Positions 36,864 to 45,338 of a stretch of 64,000 nt of DNA are shown here, in pieces. Source of the stretch: a virus; the IMG/VR virus record IMGVR_UViG_3300027797_000013, positions 57,643-121,642 of that record, one strand, 5' to 3'. The notes under the pieces were generated by a model that did not search any database, was not told where the DNA came from, and saw nothing but the letters and a program-made list of their open reading frames with translations. Both the position numbers and the translations under genes were made by a program. Position 1 is the first letter of the stretch; every line of letters starts with the position of its first letter.

Positions 36864-36940
36864 TGGTGCACCTAGTTGGATTCGAACCAACGACCGACGG
36901 ATTCATTTGTCCGCTGCTCTATCCGCCGAGCTACAGGTAC
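36864..36940 (-). tRNA. atypical tRNA with 8-nt anticodon loop CAAATGAA (identity undetermined)
   Basis: Intact acceptor, D and T arms and ACCA; loop lacks U33. Confidence 0.75.
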
Positions 36941-36983
36941 TTTTTTGTCTATACATTTTTATATAAGAGTTCGTTAAAGTGAG

Positions 36984-37056
36984 TAGGTACTGAGGGATTC
37001 GAACCCTCACTGGAAAGATTTTAAGTCTTGTGTCTCTGCCGTTGGACTAAGCACCC
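36984..37056 (-). tRNA. tRNA-Leu(TAA), short variable loop
   Basis: Loop CTTAAAA; T arm GAGGG-TTCGAAT-CCCTC; no encoded CCA. Confidence 0.82.
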
Positions 37057-37071
37057 GTGTTTGAAAATTGT

Positions 37072-37146
37072 TGGTGACCCTACCAAGAATCGAACTTGGA
37101 CTTTCTGATTAGAAGTCAGATGCTCTATCCGTTGAGCTATAGGGTC
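37072..37146 (-). tRNA. tRNA-Arg(TCT)
   Basis: Cloverleaf, loop CTTCTAA, D loop GGATA, ACCA. Confidence 0.93.
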
Positions 37147-37198
37147 AATTTGTTGTTGTACAGTTATTATACGGTAGTTCGTTTTTAAATCTACTATA

Positions 37199-37396
37199 TT
37201 ATAAAGAATTTATATACTGCTCTAATTCAATATAGTCAAGTATATCAAGAGCTTCTTCTTTATTAGCAGGGTTAAAATCTGAATCTTTTAACCCGTGATT
37301 GTTTCTAACTGAGTTGCAGCTTACAAATGAAAATAGAACTACAAGTGCAAAGGTCACTAGAGAGATAAAGTTTATTTCTGATATAGAAGTTTTCAT
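37199..37396 (-). CDS. small membrane/lipoprotein
   Basis: Hydrophobic N-terminus ending FVSC. Confidence 0.55.
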   Translation of the reverse strand: MKTSISEINFISLVTFALVVLFSFVSCNSVRNNHGLKDSDFNPANKEEALDILDYIELEQYINSL

Positions 37397-37429
37397 TAAT
37401 AATTTTCTATGTCATACTTTATTTAATCT

Positions 37430-37654
37430 CTACTCTGGTGAAAGCTCTCTTTCTGGAACCACCTTTGGTCTACGAGCTTTCTTTGCTTTGTTTAGGAAGA
37501 TTGTAAATTCCTTCTTAGTAAGAACGCCATCACCATTAGCATCTGCTACTAAAAAAGCCTTTTCAATAAGAGTATCAGGTAGGGGGTCAGGTTCTACGCC
37601 TTGACCATATAAAGATTGAGTTGCGAGGAGTAATAGGATATATAACTTTTTCAT
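37430..37654 (-). CDS. secreted EF-hand-like protein
   Basis: Signal peptide; DANGDGVLTKKEF loop. Confidence 0.65.
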   Translation of the reverse strand: MKKLYILLLLATQSLYGQGVEPDPLPDTLIEKAFLVADANGDGVLTKKEFTIFLNKAKKARRPKVVPERELSPE

Positions 37655-37659
37655 AAAAT

Positions 37660-37842
37660 TTATTCGTTGTCAAGTGGAGTCGTCCAGGACTTGATCATTG
37701 CATACACATGCACTTCATAGTATGCTACACTTGGGTCATTACGTAACTGCTCTTCTAGAGCTTGTACCTCTTTAAAGTCCTCGCATAGGAAGAACTCTTG
37801 CTTTTGGTCATTCTTAAAACAAAGTATAGTATAGGAACTCAT
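37660..37842 (-). CDS. hypothetical protein
   Basis: Behind a motif copy. Confidence 0.55.
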   Translation of the reverse strand: MSSYTILCFKNDQKQEFFLCEDFKEVQALEEQLRNDPSVAYYEVHVYAMIKSWTTPLDNE

Positions 37843-37880
37843 AGATACTTAAGACAAATTTATTATAAAGCAGTTCGTTA

Positions 37881-38279
37881 TTACATTTGAATCAGTTCAA
37901 TATCATACCGCTTCGCTATCTCTAAAACTTGAAAATAGTCATTGTAATCATCTTGAAAGATTACCTTTTTTATTCCGAACATTGCAATGTCTATAATACA
38001 ATGCTGACATGGAGACAGAGTAACAGCTATTAGTTTCGCTTCACCAGGCTTGCAGTAGCGAAGAGCTGATCTCTCTGCATGAGATACAAACGGACGCCGA
38101 GCGTCTCTATCTGTCCAATCTATATTATACCCTGGTGGAGACCCATTATATCCTAACCCTGCTACACTATTGTCGTGTCTCAAGACGCAAGCGCCGCATT
38201 TAATATATGGATCCTCTGATCTTAGGCTAGCTGTATTAGCTAGTAGCAGAGCGTATTCTTCCCAGGATGGTCTAGTCAT
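37881..38279 (-). CDS. dCMP deaminase
   Basis: RPSWEEY, RSED, GYNGSP, HAE, TLSPCQHC. Confidence 0.9.
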   Translation of the reverse strand: MTRPSWEEYALLLANTASLRSEDPYIKCGACVLRHDNSVAGLGYNGSPPGYNIDWTDRDARRPFVSHAERSALRYCKPGEAKLIAVTLSPCQHCIIDIAMFGIKKVIFQDDYNDYFQVLEIAKRYDIELIQM

Positions 38280-38329
38280 ATATTATAAAATTAATTATAC
38301 TATATATTCTGTAATTAGCAAAATTTTAT

Positions 38330-38371
38330 AAAAAAAATCCCGCTAACCGTATATAGTAACGGTTAGCGGGA
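38330..38371 (-). terminator. rho-independent terminator
   Basis: CCCGCTAACCGT/ACGGTTAGCGGG stem with T-run. Confidence 0.75.
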
Positions 38372-38390
38372 AATATCTAACAACTAAAGA

Positions 38391-38606
38391 TTAGAGAAAA
38401 CTAACACCTTGTTTATTAAGCAAACGTCCGAATGCACGAGTATTGATCGGCTCCCATACATCTTTGTTATTATGTCGATTACATACTAGGGTCTGATTTC
38501 CAAGTAGCTGCAGTTTACCAGTCTCGTCACGGTGTACAGTTACGTTGAAGATCTTAGGGTTTTTGATTTGATTGCGGTTATTTAGCCAGTTTGTATCGCG
38601 TTTCAT
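38391..38606 (-). CDS. hypothetical protein
   Basis: ORF followed by a terminator. Confidence 0.6.
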   Translation of the reverse strand: MKRDTNWLNNRNQIKNPKIFNVTVHRDETGKLQLLGNQTLVCNRHNNKDVWEPINTRAFGRLLNKQGVSFL

Positions 38607-38637
38607 ATGTTTTTTATTGGTTTTGGTTTTTTGATTG

Positions 38638-39075
38638 TTAATTGAAAACTAAATTATAAATCTCTTCTTGTTTATTATATGCCTCTATCTCCCATGGCAA
38701 CTTGTAATATTCAGAAGTTTTACTAGATGCTTCGGGCCATTTTTTGCCTTTCCAGTAAAAATATTTCTCATCGCTGTACAGAGTACCGATATAGTATTGT
38801 TCTGCGTGTACAAGTTCATGACAAATAGTTAGTAGACCGTCGTCTATAGTTCCTTTACGTATATCAATCTCTGCAATATTAGCATCGCCATTATACCTAC
38901 CTACGATGTGAGGTGATCTAATAGGTTTTAGAGCTATGCTAATATCTGTTGGTAATTCTAATACTTCACTAAATCTATGTTTAATCTTTTCTAATTTTTT
39001 CTCGTATATACGAGCTACATTTAAGTAATTTTTAAGATATCCATACTTTATAGAAGTTGATAAATTAATAACCAT
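38638..39075 (-). CDS. zincin-like metallopeptidase
   Basis: TICHELVHAEQY...PWEIEAY. Confidence 0.75.
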   Translation of the reverse strand: MVINLSTSIKYGYLKNYLNVARIYEKKLEKIKHRFSEVLELPTDISIALKPIRSPHIVGRYNGDANIAEIDIRKGTIDDGLLTICHELVHAEQYYIGTLYSDEKYFYWKGKKWPEASSKTSEYYKLPWEIEAYNKQEEIYNLVFN

Positions 39076-39082
39076 TAAAGAA

Positions 39083-39241
39083 TTATTTTGTAAAAATGTG
39101 TTCTCTGTTCTGAATTTTATACCAGTCTCTCAAGACTTCTTCTTCTTTTACTGTTTCTTGCTTGTATAAGAACATCTCATAATCTGTCATCTTATACTTT
39201 CTAGCAAACGCTTTGTCGCTTTCTGAAAGGATTAACTTCAT
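39083..39241 (-). CDS. hypothetical early protein, 52 aa
   Basis: ATG behind motif copy 39247. Confidence 0.55.
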   Translation of the reverse strand: MKLILSESDKAFARKYKMTDYEMFLYKQETVKEEEVLRDWYKIQNREHIFTK

Positions 39242-39285
39242 ACCTTATTATATGAAAGTTCGTTTATTAATCTACTGTTAACTTT

Positions 39286-39660
39286 TTAAAAATTATTTAT
39301 TCTGTACTGTTTAGGTTCTCCTGTACGTGGACAAGTAGTTTTGGAAATTTCTTCTGCACTACTAATTATTTCATTAATTTGAGATATCCCTTGCTGTATT
39401 TTGGAGCCTCTTTGTCCCGGTTCAAAGTCAACATAGCATCTTAGAGAATCCCACTTCTCTTTAATTTGTTCTACTTTGACTTCTATGCCTGTCTCATTAA
39501 CTATATTTTGAATTTTTTCTAGCATCTCTTGCACTATATAAAACCAGCCGTTTCCATGATCGAAACCAAAAGCGAAGCAGGTTTTATCTACATCTCCTCT
39601 ATACCTAGAAAGTATCTCCGGGTGTTTTTCTACTAATTTTAATTCTAGGTCGCTTGTCAT
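39286..39660 (-). CDS. conserved hypothetical phage protein
   Basis: GW...QIKEKW..LR.Y pattern. Confidence 0.7.
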   Translation of the reverse strand: MTSDLELKLVEKHPEILSRYRGDVDKTCFAFGFDHGNGWFYIVQEMLEKIQNIVNETGIEVKVEQIKEKWDSLRCYVDFEPGQRGSKIQQGISQINEIISSAEEISKTTCPRTGEPKQYRINNF

Positions 39661-39676
39661 ATATTTTACTTAGTCT

Positions 39677-40213
39677 TTAGATTATACTTAGAATCTCACT
39701 AGACTTATTAATAGCTAATTCGTCACTAGTATTGTATGCAATAAGTTTATCTTCTTCGAGAATATCAATAATATTAGCAGTTCCTTGCTTGTTTAAACTA
39801 TGAACTGCATACTTAGGAAGATCCCTACCTTCATTTATACACTTAGCCTTTAGGTAAATCGCACAATCACGTCCGGTCCTTTCCTTTACTTTACTATAAT
39901 TGTACTCTGTTTTATTGCTAAGACTTAGGACACATTCATAGGAAGCAGACCTATCAAGGTCATGATCAAACGAGATAAAATCATATGTTTTTTCGTCTAA
40001 TGCTTTTGTGAATTGTTCAAAATCTCTCACAATTTCCCATTCGTAAGATGTATAATCAATATTCATCCAGCATACATCACGTGGCCACCTTTGATCATCA
40101 AGAAATAGATTCTTTTGATTCTTTTTAAAGATTACATCGTAGTTGGAATTGTACTTATTAGTGTCCACTTTACGTGGAAAAGATCCTTTACCACCGCTCC
40201 ATTCGCCTTTCAT
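39677..40213 (-). CDS. cyclic-phosphate-processing receiver-like domain protein
   Basis: LFLDDQR...ISFDHDL...TG.DC...VHSLN..G. Confidence 0.7.
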   Translation of the reverse strand: MKGEWSGGKGSFPRKVDTNKYNSNYDVIFKKNQKNLFLDDQRWPRDVCWMNIDYTSYEWEIVRDFEQFTKALDEKTYDFISFDHDLDRSASYECVLSLSNKTEYNYSKVKERTGRDCAIYLKAKCINEGRDLPKYAVHSLNKQGTANIIDILEEDKLIAYNTSDELAINKSSEILSII

Positions 40214-40218
40214 ATGTA

Positions 40219-40458
40219 TTATTTTAGTTCTTCGTTTAATTCTCGTTCTATACGGTTGTCATAGTCGCTACACGATCCATCATATGGAAATCGACGATTA
40301 AAGAGGTAATCAAAAAGTACATCTTGACCTACATCTGATTCTGGCTCTTTGAGAAGAGCTTTACACTTCTCAAAGAGTTCATCATCCTCTTTTGCGTGTC
40401 TTGAGATGATTTCTCTTGCTTCATCTAGAATTTTTCTTGATACTTCGTTTTCAATCAT
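40219..40458 (-). CDS. hypothetical protein
   Basis: ORF. Confidence 0.55.
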   Translation of the reverse strand: MIENEVSRKILDEAREIISRHAKEDDELFEKCKALLKEPESDVGQDVLFDYLFNRRFPYDGSCSDYDNRIERELNEELK

Positions 40459-40484
40459 AATTTATTATAACGGTTAAATTACTA

Positions 40485-40727
40485 CTATCCAGATATATTT
40501 TTCGAAAAGTTTTTAACTACAGAGCGCGCTCCGTTAGGAGTAAAGTACTTTTTATTTTCATTCCAAGAATCAGCGGTATGAATTTCAATCATAGAAGTAC
40601 ATTTATCCAAGTAAACCATTCTAGCTTTTAAGGGTCGATATGGAATATTTTTAGCACAAGATAAGCACTTAGTTAATCCAAACTCGATGCGAGCTGGCTC
40701 GACAGGTTTTCCACAGTAACAAATCAT
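40485..40727 (-). CDS. DksA/TraR-like C4 zinc-finger protein
   Basis: CYCGKPVEPARI......CLSC. Confidence 0.6.
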   Translation of the reverse strand: MICYCGKPVEPARIEFGLTKCLSCAKNIPYRPLKARMVYLDKCTSMIEIHTADSWNENKKYFTPNGARSVVKNFSKNISG

Positions 40728-40784
40728 AGTAGTAAATACTTTACACCTTATGATATAGTAGTTCGTTATTTGTTGTTTTTAAAT

Positions 40785-41120
40785 TTATAATATTTTTTTA
40801 ATCTGATCTATTGCTTCTGTAGGTTTTTTCTCAAAATATTTGCCTAATTTAACAAGACCTCCTATAACCTCAGGAGATATTACACCAATTATACCATATG
40901 ACATTGCTTTGTATATACTAGATATATCAGTCTGCTCAAGTATAAACCACGCAATAGTAGAAGATAGAGCAGCAGCAATAATTTTTTTAATCTGATCGAT
41001 TAAAGTATGCTTGTTTGCAGAAGCAAACAAGCGCGCTGTCATAGCCAAAGATCCTAACAAAGTAACAAGCCAACCACCGTTGATAAATTCTCTTATTAAT
41101 GTTCTTTCATCTTCGATCAT
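40785..41120 (-). CDS. holin-like membrane protein
   Basis: Three hydrophobic segments, basic C-terminus, late promoter. Confidence 0.5.
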   Translation of the reverse strand: MIEDERTLIREFINGGWLVTLLGSLAMTARLFASANKHTLIDQIKKIIAAALSSTIAWFILEQTDISSIYKAMSYGIIGVISPEVIGGLVKLGKYFEKKPTEAIDQIKKIL

Positions 41121-41410
41121 GTTAGTATTTATATCTCAAGCGATTATAAGTTAAATTTTTAACTCTCGCTTGATATAAACAACTTAGCTATTCTGCAACG
41201 ACCAATCCATAATCTCGTAATGAAAGTTCTTCTCACTTAAGTCTTCATTTACACTAATATAAGCGACAGGATCTACATCACCTTTTTGAAAGACTGTGAT
41301 CTTATTGCTATCTTTGTCGTATACAAACCAATTATTTCCAATTTGTCCTTCTAGCATTTTATTTATTTATGTTTATTCAGTTTTTTTATTCACGAGTTGT
41401 TACTCATATA

Positions 41411-41848
41411 CTATATGAGTTCGTTAAAGTTTGCAAGTTTTAATTCCAATATTTTTTTATCTATATTTTTATAGCTTTTGTATATTTGACATACCTCTTT
41501 TGCTAATTTTTCATACGTCCGAGCGTCTTTCTCTTCAGCAGAATTATAATAAACATAATACTTATTATCATACTCTTCAAACTCTATTTTAAAGTGTTTG
41601 GTCTGTATATAGTGTCTGAGCTCGTGTAAAAGCGTCTTTACTGTCTGTAATAGTGTTTTATTTGACTTTAAATCTAAACCAATCATGCCGTCATCAGAAC
41701 AAAAGTAAGAATAATCAAACCTTGTCTTATGAACTTTTAGTACAACTCTTTTATTAGGGAGGAAGAATCTACTAATTATAAAGGATAGAAGATCGAAATC
41801 TAATTTAGTATCCTTTATAATACCTGCTGAAGGTATTAGCTTTATCAT
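41411..41848 (-). CDS. zincin-like metallopeptidase
   Basis: TLLHELRHYIQ...EEKDAR. Confidence 0.7.
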   Translation of the reverse strand: MIKLIPSAGIIKDTKLDFDLLSFIISRFFLPNKRVVLKVHKTRFDYSYFCSDDGMIGLDLKSNKTLLQTVKTLLHELRHYIQTKHFKIEFEEYDNKYYVYYNSAEEKDARTYEKLAKEVCQIYKSYKNIDKKILELKLANFNELI

Positions 41849-41860
41849 TTATTTTAAACA

Positions 41861-42718
41861 TTACTCTTTACTTAGTAAATATTTTAATGATTCTAGTTCT
41901 GTGTTTACTTTATAATCAGGTAAGAGTCTCTCTAATTTATCTGAAGAAAGTATACAATTGGATCTTGGTGCCTTTTGACCTAATTCTCTAGTAATTTGTA
42001 CCAAACTAGAATCCCTACCTTCTGGTAATTTACCATAATCTTCTATAAGGCTAATAATTTGTGTAGGTAGGAGAGGCTCCTTACTAGTAAAGTTTAATAT
42101 ACCAAAGTAATTAGGTCTAAAACTATTGTCAATAAAGTAGTATAAGAAGCTACTAAGATCATGAAGTGATGTTCTAGAATTTACTATGTCTAAAAGTTTA
42201 TTAAATTTTAAAATCTTATTTAGATAGCTACGTTCATTAGTTAACGAGCAGTAGGGCATACGAATTCGAACTGTCATTCCATAGTCGCCAGCTAGGGTCT
42301 CATAAGCGTGCTTTGATTTAGAGTAGAAAGAAGACTCATTAAAGAGTCCAAAATTTGGAGTATCCTCCTCAGTAAACCGTTTACTATACCCACTGTATAT
42401 GCAGCCAGATGATAAGTGAATATAATTAACGCGTTTAGACCTACAAGCTCTATTTGTGTTAACAGGTCCTTGAGTGTTAAAGAACCAACACTGATCTTTC
42501 AATTCTTCTGCTTGGTCAATATTAGGTATTCCAGTAAATCCTGAACAGTTAATTACATAGGCCGGCTTTTCAAATAAAAGATAGTTACTAAAGATATAAT
42601 AATCATTATAATTAATATCTGTCTTACTTAGTTGTTTAACCTTTAGTCCTTTGCCTTTTAAGTAGTTATATAAAAACGTTCCTATATAACCTTTACCTAA
42701 TATTAATATGTTATTCAT
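41861..42718 (-). CDS. RmlD-like NAD-dependent sugar epimerase/reductase
   Basis: GKGYIG, NCSGFTGIPNID, HLSSGCIY, SFYSKSK, RIRMP, PRSNCIL. Confidence 0.8.
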   Translation of the reverse strand: MNNILILGKGYIGTFLYNYLKGKGLKVKQLSKTDINYNDYYIFSNYLLFEKPAYVINCSGFTGIPNIDQAEELKDQCWFFNTQGPVNTNRACRSKRVNYIHLSSGCIYSGYSKRFTEEDTPNFGLFNESSFYSKSKHAYETLAGDYGMTVRIRMPYCSLTNERSYLNKILKFNKLLDIVNSRTSLHDLSSFLYYFIDNSFRPNYFGILNFTSKEPLLPTQIISLIEDYGKLPEGRDSSLVQITRELGQKAPRSNCILSSDKLERLLPDYKVNTELESLKYLLSKE

Positions 42719-42725
42719 TGTAATT

Positions 42726-42923
42726 TTATTTGATCTCAGTATGCATACCTTTTAGTTTGGTATAATACTTCGGGTCAATTGATAAGTGCTGCTTAGCAAT
42801 AGTTATTGCAATAGTCTTATATGGTGTGTGCTCTAGTTCTACTTGAATACCTAATTGTAGTTCTTCTGGATCATATTCTATAGTAGGATCAATAGGTTTA
42901 AAGAAGGATTTAAAAGCTTTCAT
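42726..42923 (-). CDS. DUF5661-like protein
   Basis: GIQVELEH...IAKQHL..DPKYYTKL. Confidence 0.65.
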   Translation of the reverse strand: MKAFKSFFKPIDPTIEYDPEELQLGIQVELEHTPYKTIAITIAKQHLSIDPKYYTKLKGMHTEIK

Positions 42924-42931
42924 ACACCTAT

Positions 42932-43147
42932 TTAATAATTCTCATTAATATACTCTACAATATCATTATAGCTACTGGTATCATTCTCAGAAATTGCTTC
43001 TTCTACATTCTTTTTAAAGTCCTCTGACATTTCACACAACACTTCGTCCTCTAAATCAATTTCAAGTAATGTAGAAATATTATCTAAATTCTCATAAATT
43101 AAATTAATATGATGGTCTAACTTTTTTAGTATAGCTGATTTTTTCAT
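42932..43147 (-). CDS. hypothetical acidic protein
   Basis: ORF. Confidence 0.55.
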   Translation of the reverse strand: MKKSAILKKLDHHINLIYENLDNISTLLEIDLEDEVLCEMSEDFKKNVEEAISENDTSSYNDIVEYINENY

Positions 43148-43175
43148 TTTATACTAATTATATATTCATTTAATA

Positions 43176-43868
43176 TTAAAATTTAATATTAACTTGAAAA
43201 TGTTTTAAAAGGTTTATTACATCTGCCTTAAGGTAGTTACAATGAATAGGTTTAAAATTAGATTCATCTAGATAGAATACAACTAATTTTGAGCATTTTT
43301 TACCAGTCAGCTCCTCATGCATATATGCATATATAGATAATTGTAGAGCGTATGTATTGAACTCACAATAAGATAAGTGAGCAATAGGGTCTTTATGCAC
43401 CTCGTTGTAGGGGCTCGTAAAGCTAAATCTTTTATTAGTCTTAAAGTCTCCTACCGTAAAGAAATCGCCATGATCAAAAATTAAATCAGCAGTACCTGCT
43501 AATTTATATTCATGATTATAGAGTAGTTTCTCACTACTAAAGTTCTTAAACTTATCAATACTAGTATTGATAACATTATCGTAAGACCTGTATAACCACC
43601 TATAGTCATTTTGAATCTCTCCTACATTGACGTAGTTCTCGAGTAGTTTATGAATGTGACTTCCACGATCTGTAGATTTTTTATTCTCGGCAGCCCAAGC
43701 CTCTAAAACCATTTCCTGTGGAACACCCTCTCTCTTGGCTACCCTAAGAGAGTGATATTCTTTATCAAATGGTTCTTTATATTTAGATAGCAGAGTTGTA
43801 GTAGATATATATCTATCCTTAGTCTCTGTATTAGTATATGTGTGAGAATCGCTATCAAATACAATCAT
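43176..43868 (-). CDS. PD-(D/E)XK exonuclease
   Basis: RGSHIH, SE..L, AGTADL, DFKT, LQLSIY. Confidence 0.85.
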   Translation of the reverse strand: MIVFDSDSHTYTNTETKDRYISTTTLLSKYKEPFDKEYHSLRVAKREGVPQEMVLEAWAAENKKSTDRGSHIHKLLENYVNVGEIQNDYRWLYRSYDNVINTSIDKFKNFSSEKLLYNHEYKLAGTADLIFDHGDFFTVGDFKTNKRFSFTSPYNEVHKDPIAHLSYCEFNTYALQLSIYAYMHEELTGKKCSKLVVFYLDESNFKPIHCNYLKADVINLLKHFQVNIKF

Positions 43869-43902
43869 AAAACAATTGTATTGTAGTTCGTTATAAAGTC
43901 AA

Positions 43903-44982
43903 TTAGTAATATGTGCCGTAGATATCAGTATTATTTGATGACATGTCTAGGATATCTGTCTTAGAGATCTCGTTAATATCACTATCGTAAGATTTATCTT
44001 TAATTACTAGCTGACTTGCAATCTCATGTATAGTGCCTTGAGTTGGATCGTAGTTTAAATCACTATGATTAAGAGGTTCTTCGTATACATTCCACTTATA
44101 ATATTTATTTCCTATTTTAAGTGTAACGTAACTTGTACTATTATAGAGTAGTGTATAATTAGTTGTAGGTACTACGTCTTGACCACTTGGAACAAACTCA
44201 ATAGCAAGCCAAGATAAATTATAATTACCTACTGTGAGATACATTTGGCCATTAGCATAAGTGTATTGGTTATATACACTAGTAACTTCTGTTACAGGTC
44301 CCCAATATATCTTTATACCATTAACTGTAGTTGCAGCTATACTAACAAATTTATTTTCATAAACTTGATCATTAACAGGTTCCTGTGGGGCATTAGGTTC
44401 AAAGGAGAATTCATATCTCTTAGCTTTCAATCTGTATACATAGTGACCCATTAATGGGTTTAATGAGGATACATCTTGATCTACTCTTTCTGTAATCTCA
44501 AATACCTTAGCACCTCTGCCGTTTGGCCTATCACATCCCAAAGATATAACCTCAATTAGATCTCCAGCCTTTGGTTCAATAGATTGATTAAAGCTAGCAT
44601 AATTGACAGCCGGTGATAGAGTATCTGTAAAGGTTGTTATGTGTAAATATCCTGTTAAATCATCTCCTGCTGCATATCCAAATTTAGATAGACTTATAGA
44701 ATTCTCAGATAACTCAATATACATCTGCAAGGCATGAGGACCATTAAATCTACTTAAAGCATCCTGACCATATAGAGTATCTGCATTATCTAAATTAAAG
44801 GTATTGACATAATAGTAAATAGGTATCCCGTAGCTATTAATAAGATCTTTAAATGAGTTATCGTATATTATCTGTTCAGCTTGAAAATTTCCCGGGTTGA
44901 TAAACTGCGAGCACGCTTGCTTAGCGTTAGCAGCAAATATACTGTTTGGATTACAATCTTTTCTTGTTGTGTTACAGCTCAT
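43903..44982 (-). CDS. neck protein (T4 gp14-like)
   Basis: LYGQD....F, LSKFG, PKAGDLI, FEIT, YVYRLKAKRYEFS. Confidence 0.7.
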   Translation of the reverse strand: MSCNTTRKDCNPNSIFAANAKQACSQFINPGNFQAEQIIYDNSFKDLINSYGIPIYYYVNTFNLDNADTLYGQDALSRFNGPHALQMYIELSENSISLSKFGYAAGDDLTGYLHITTFTDTLSPAVNYASFNQSIEPKAGDLIEVISLGCDRPNGRGAKVFEITERVDQDVSSLNPLMGHYVYRLKAKRYEFSFEPNAPQEPVNDQVYENKFVSIAATTVNGIKIYWGPVTEVTSVYNQYTYANGQMYLTVGNYNLSWLAIEFVPSGQDVVPTTNYTLLYNSTSYVTLKIGNKYYKWNVYEEPLNHSDLNYDPTQGTIHEIASQLVIKDKSYDSDINEISKTDILDMSSNNTDIYGTYY

Positions 44983-45323
44983 ATACGTTTACGTTTTCTA
45001 AAAATACCAGCTTGACCAAATTTATTTGATAACATTACAACTTCTACTTTAGAATTGCCTAATGTTTTTGTAGCTCCTGGCTGAAAATCTATTTTATACT
45101 TTCTAAGTAATTTTTGTAAAGATGCACCTACTAGTTTAGTTTGTTTAAGTTGACCACTGCTAATTTTAGCAACTATATTGTCTTTGTATTTATATTTTTT
45201 TCTCTTTGTGTTTTGATGAACTCTACTTAAAACTCTATTCGGATCTTTGCCATTTGTCATCCTTGGATTAACAATTGGGTTACCTTTATAATATTCAATT
45301 ATAAAATCTTTAAAAGCAATCAT
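44979..45323 (-). CDS. basic late hypothetical protein
   Basis: TATAAATA-N6-ATG. Confidence 0.65.
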   Translation of the reverse strand: MIAFKDFIIEYYKGNPIVNPRMTNGKDPNRVLSRVHQNTKRKKYKYKDNIVAKISSGQLKQTKLVGASLQKLLRKYKIDFQPGATKTLGNSKVEVVMLSNKFGQAGIFRKRKRI

Positions 45324-45338
45324 TATTATTATTTATAC

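Larger units (their letters stand above)
19830..43892 (-). promoter_or_regulatory. about 20 dispersed minus-strand copies of the AACGAACTNNNRTATAAT early promoter motif
   Basis: 18-bp copies with left coordinates near 19830, 20666, 21667, 23947, 25342, 25565, 26085, 26279, 30303, 30959 (degenerate), 32681, 33638, 34092, 36958, 37166, 37862, 39247, 40750, 41408 (degenerate), 43875. Confidence 0.8.

Noticed and set aside
43176-43868. Cas4 / CRISPR adaptation gene
   Set aside because: Lacks the Fe-S cysteine cluster; typical stand-alone phage PD-(D/E)XK exonuclease.
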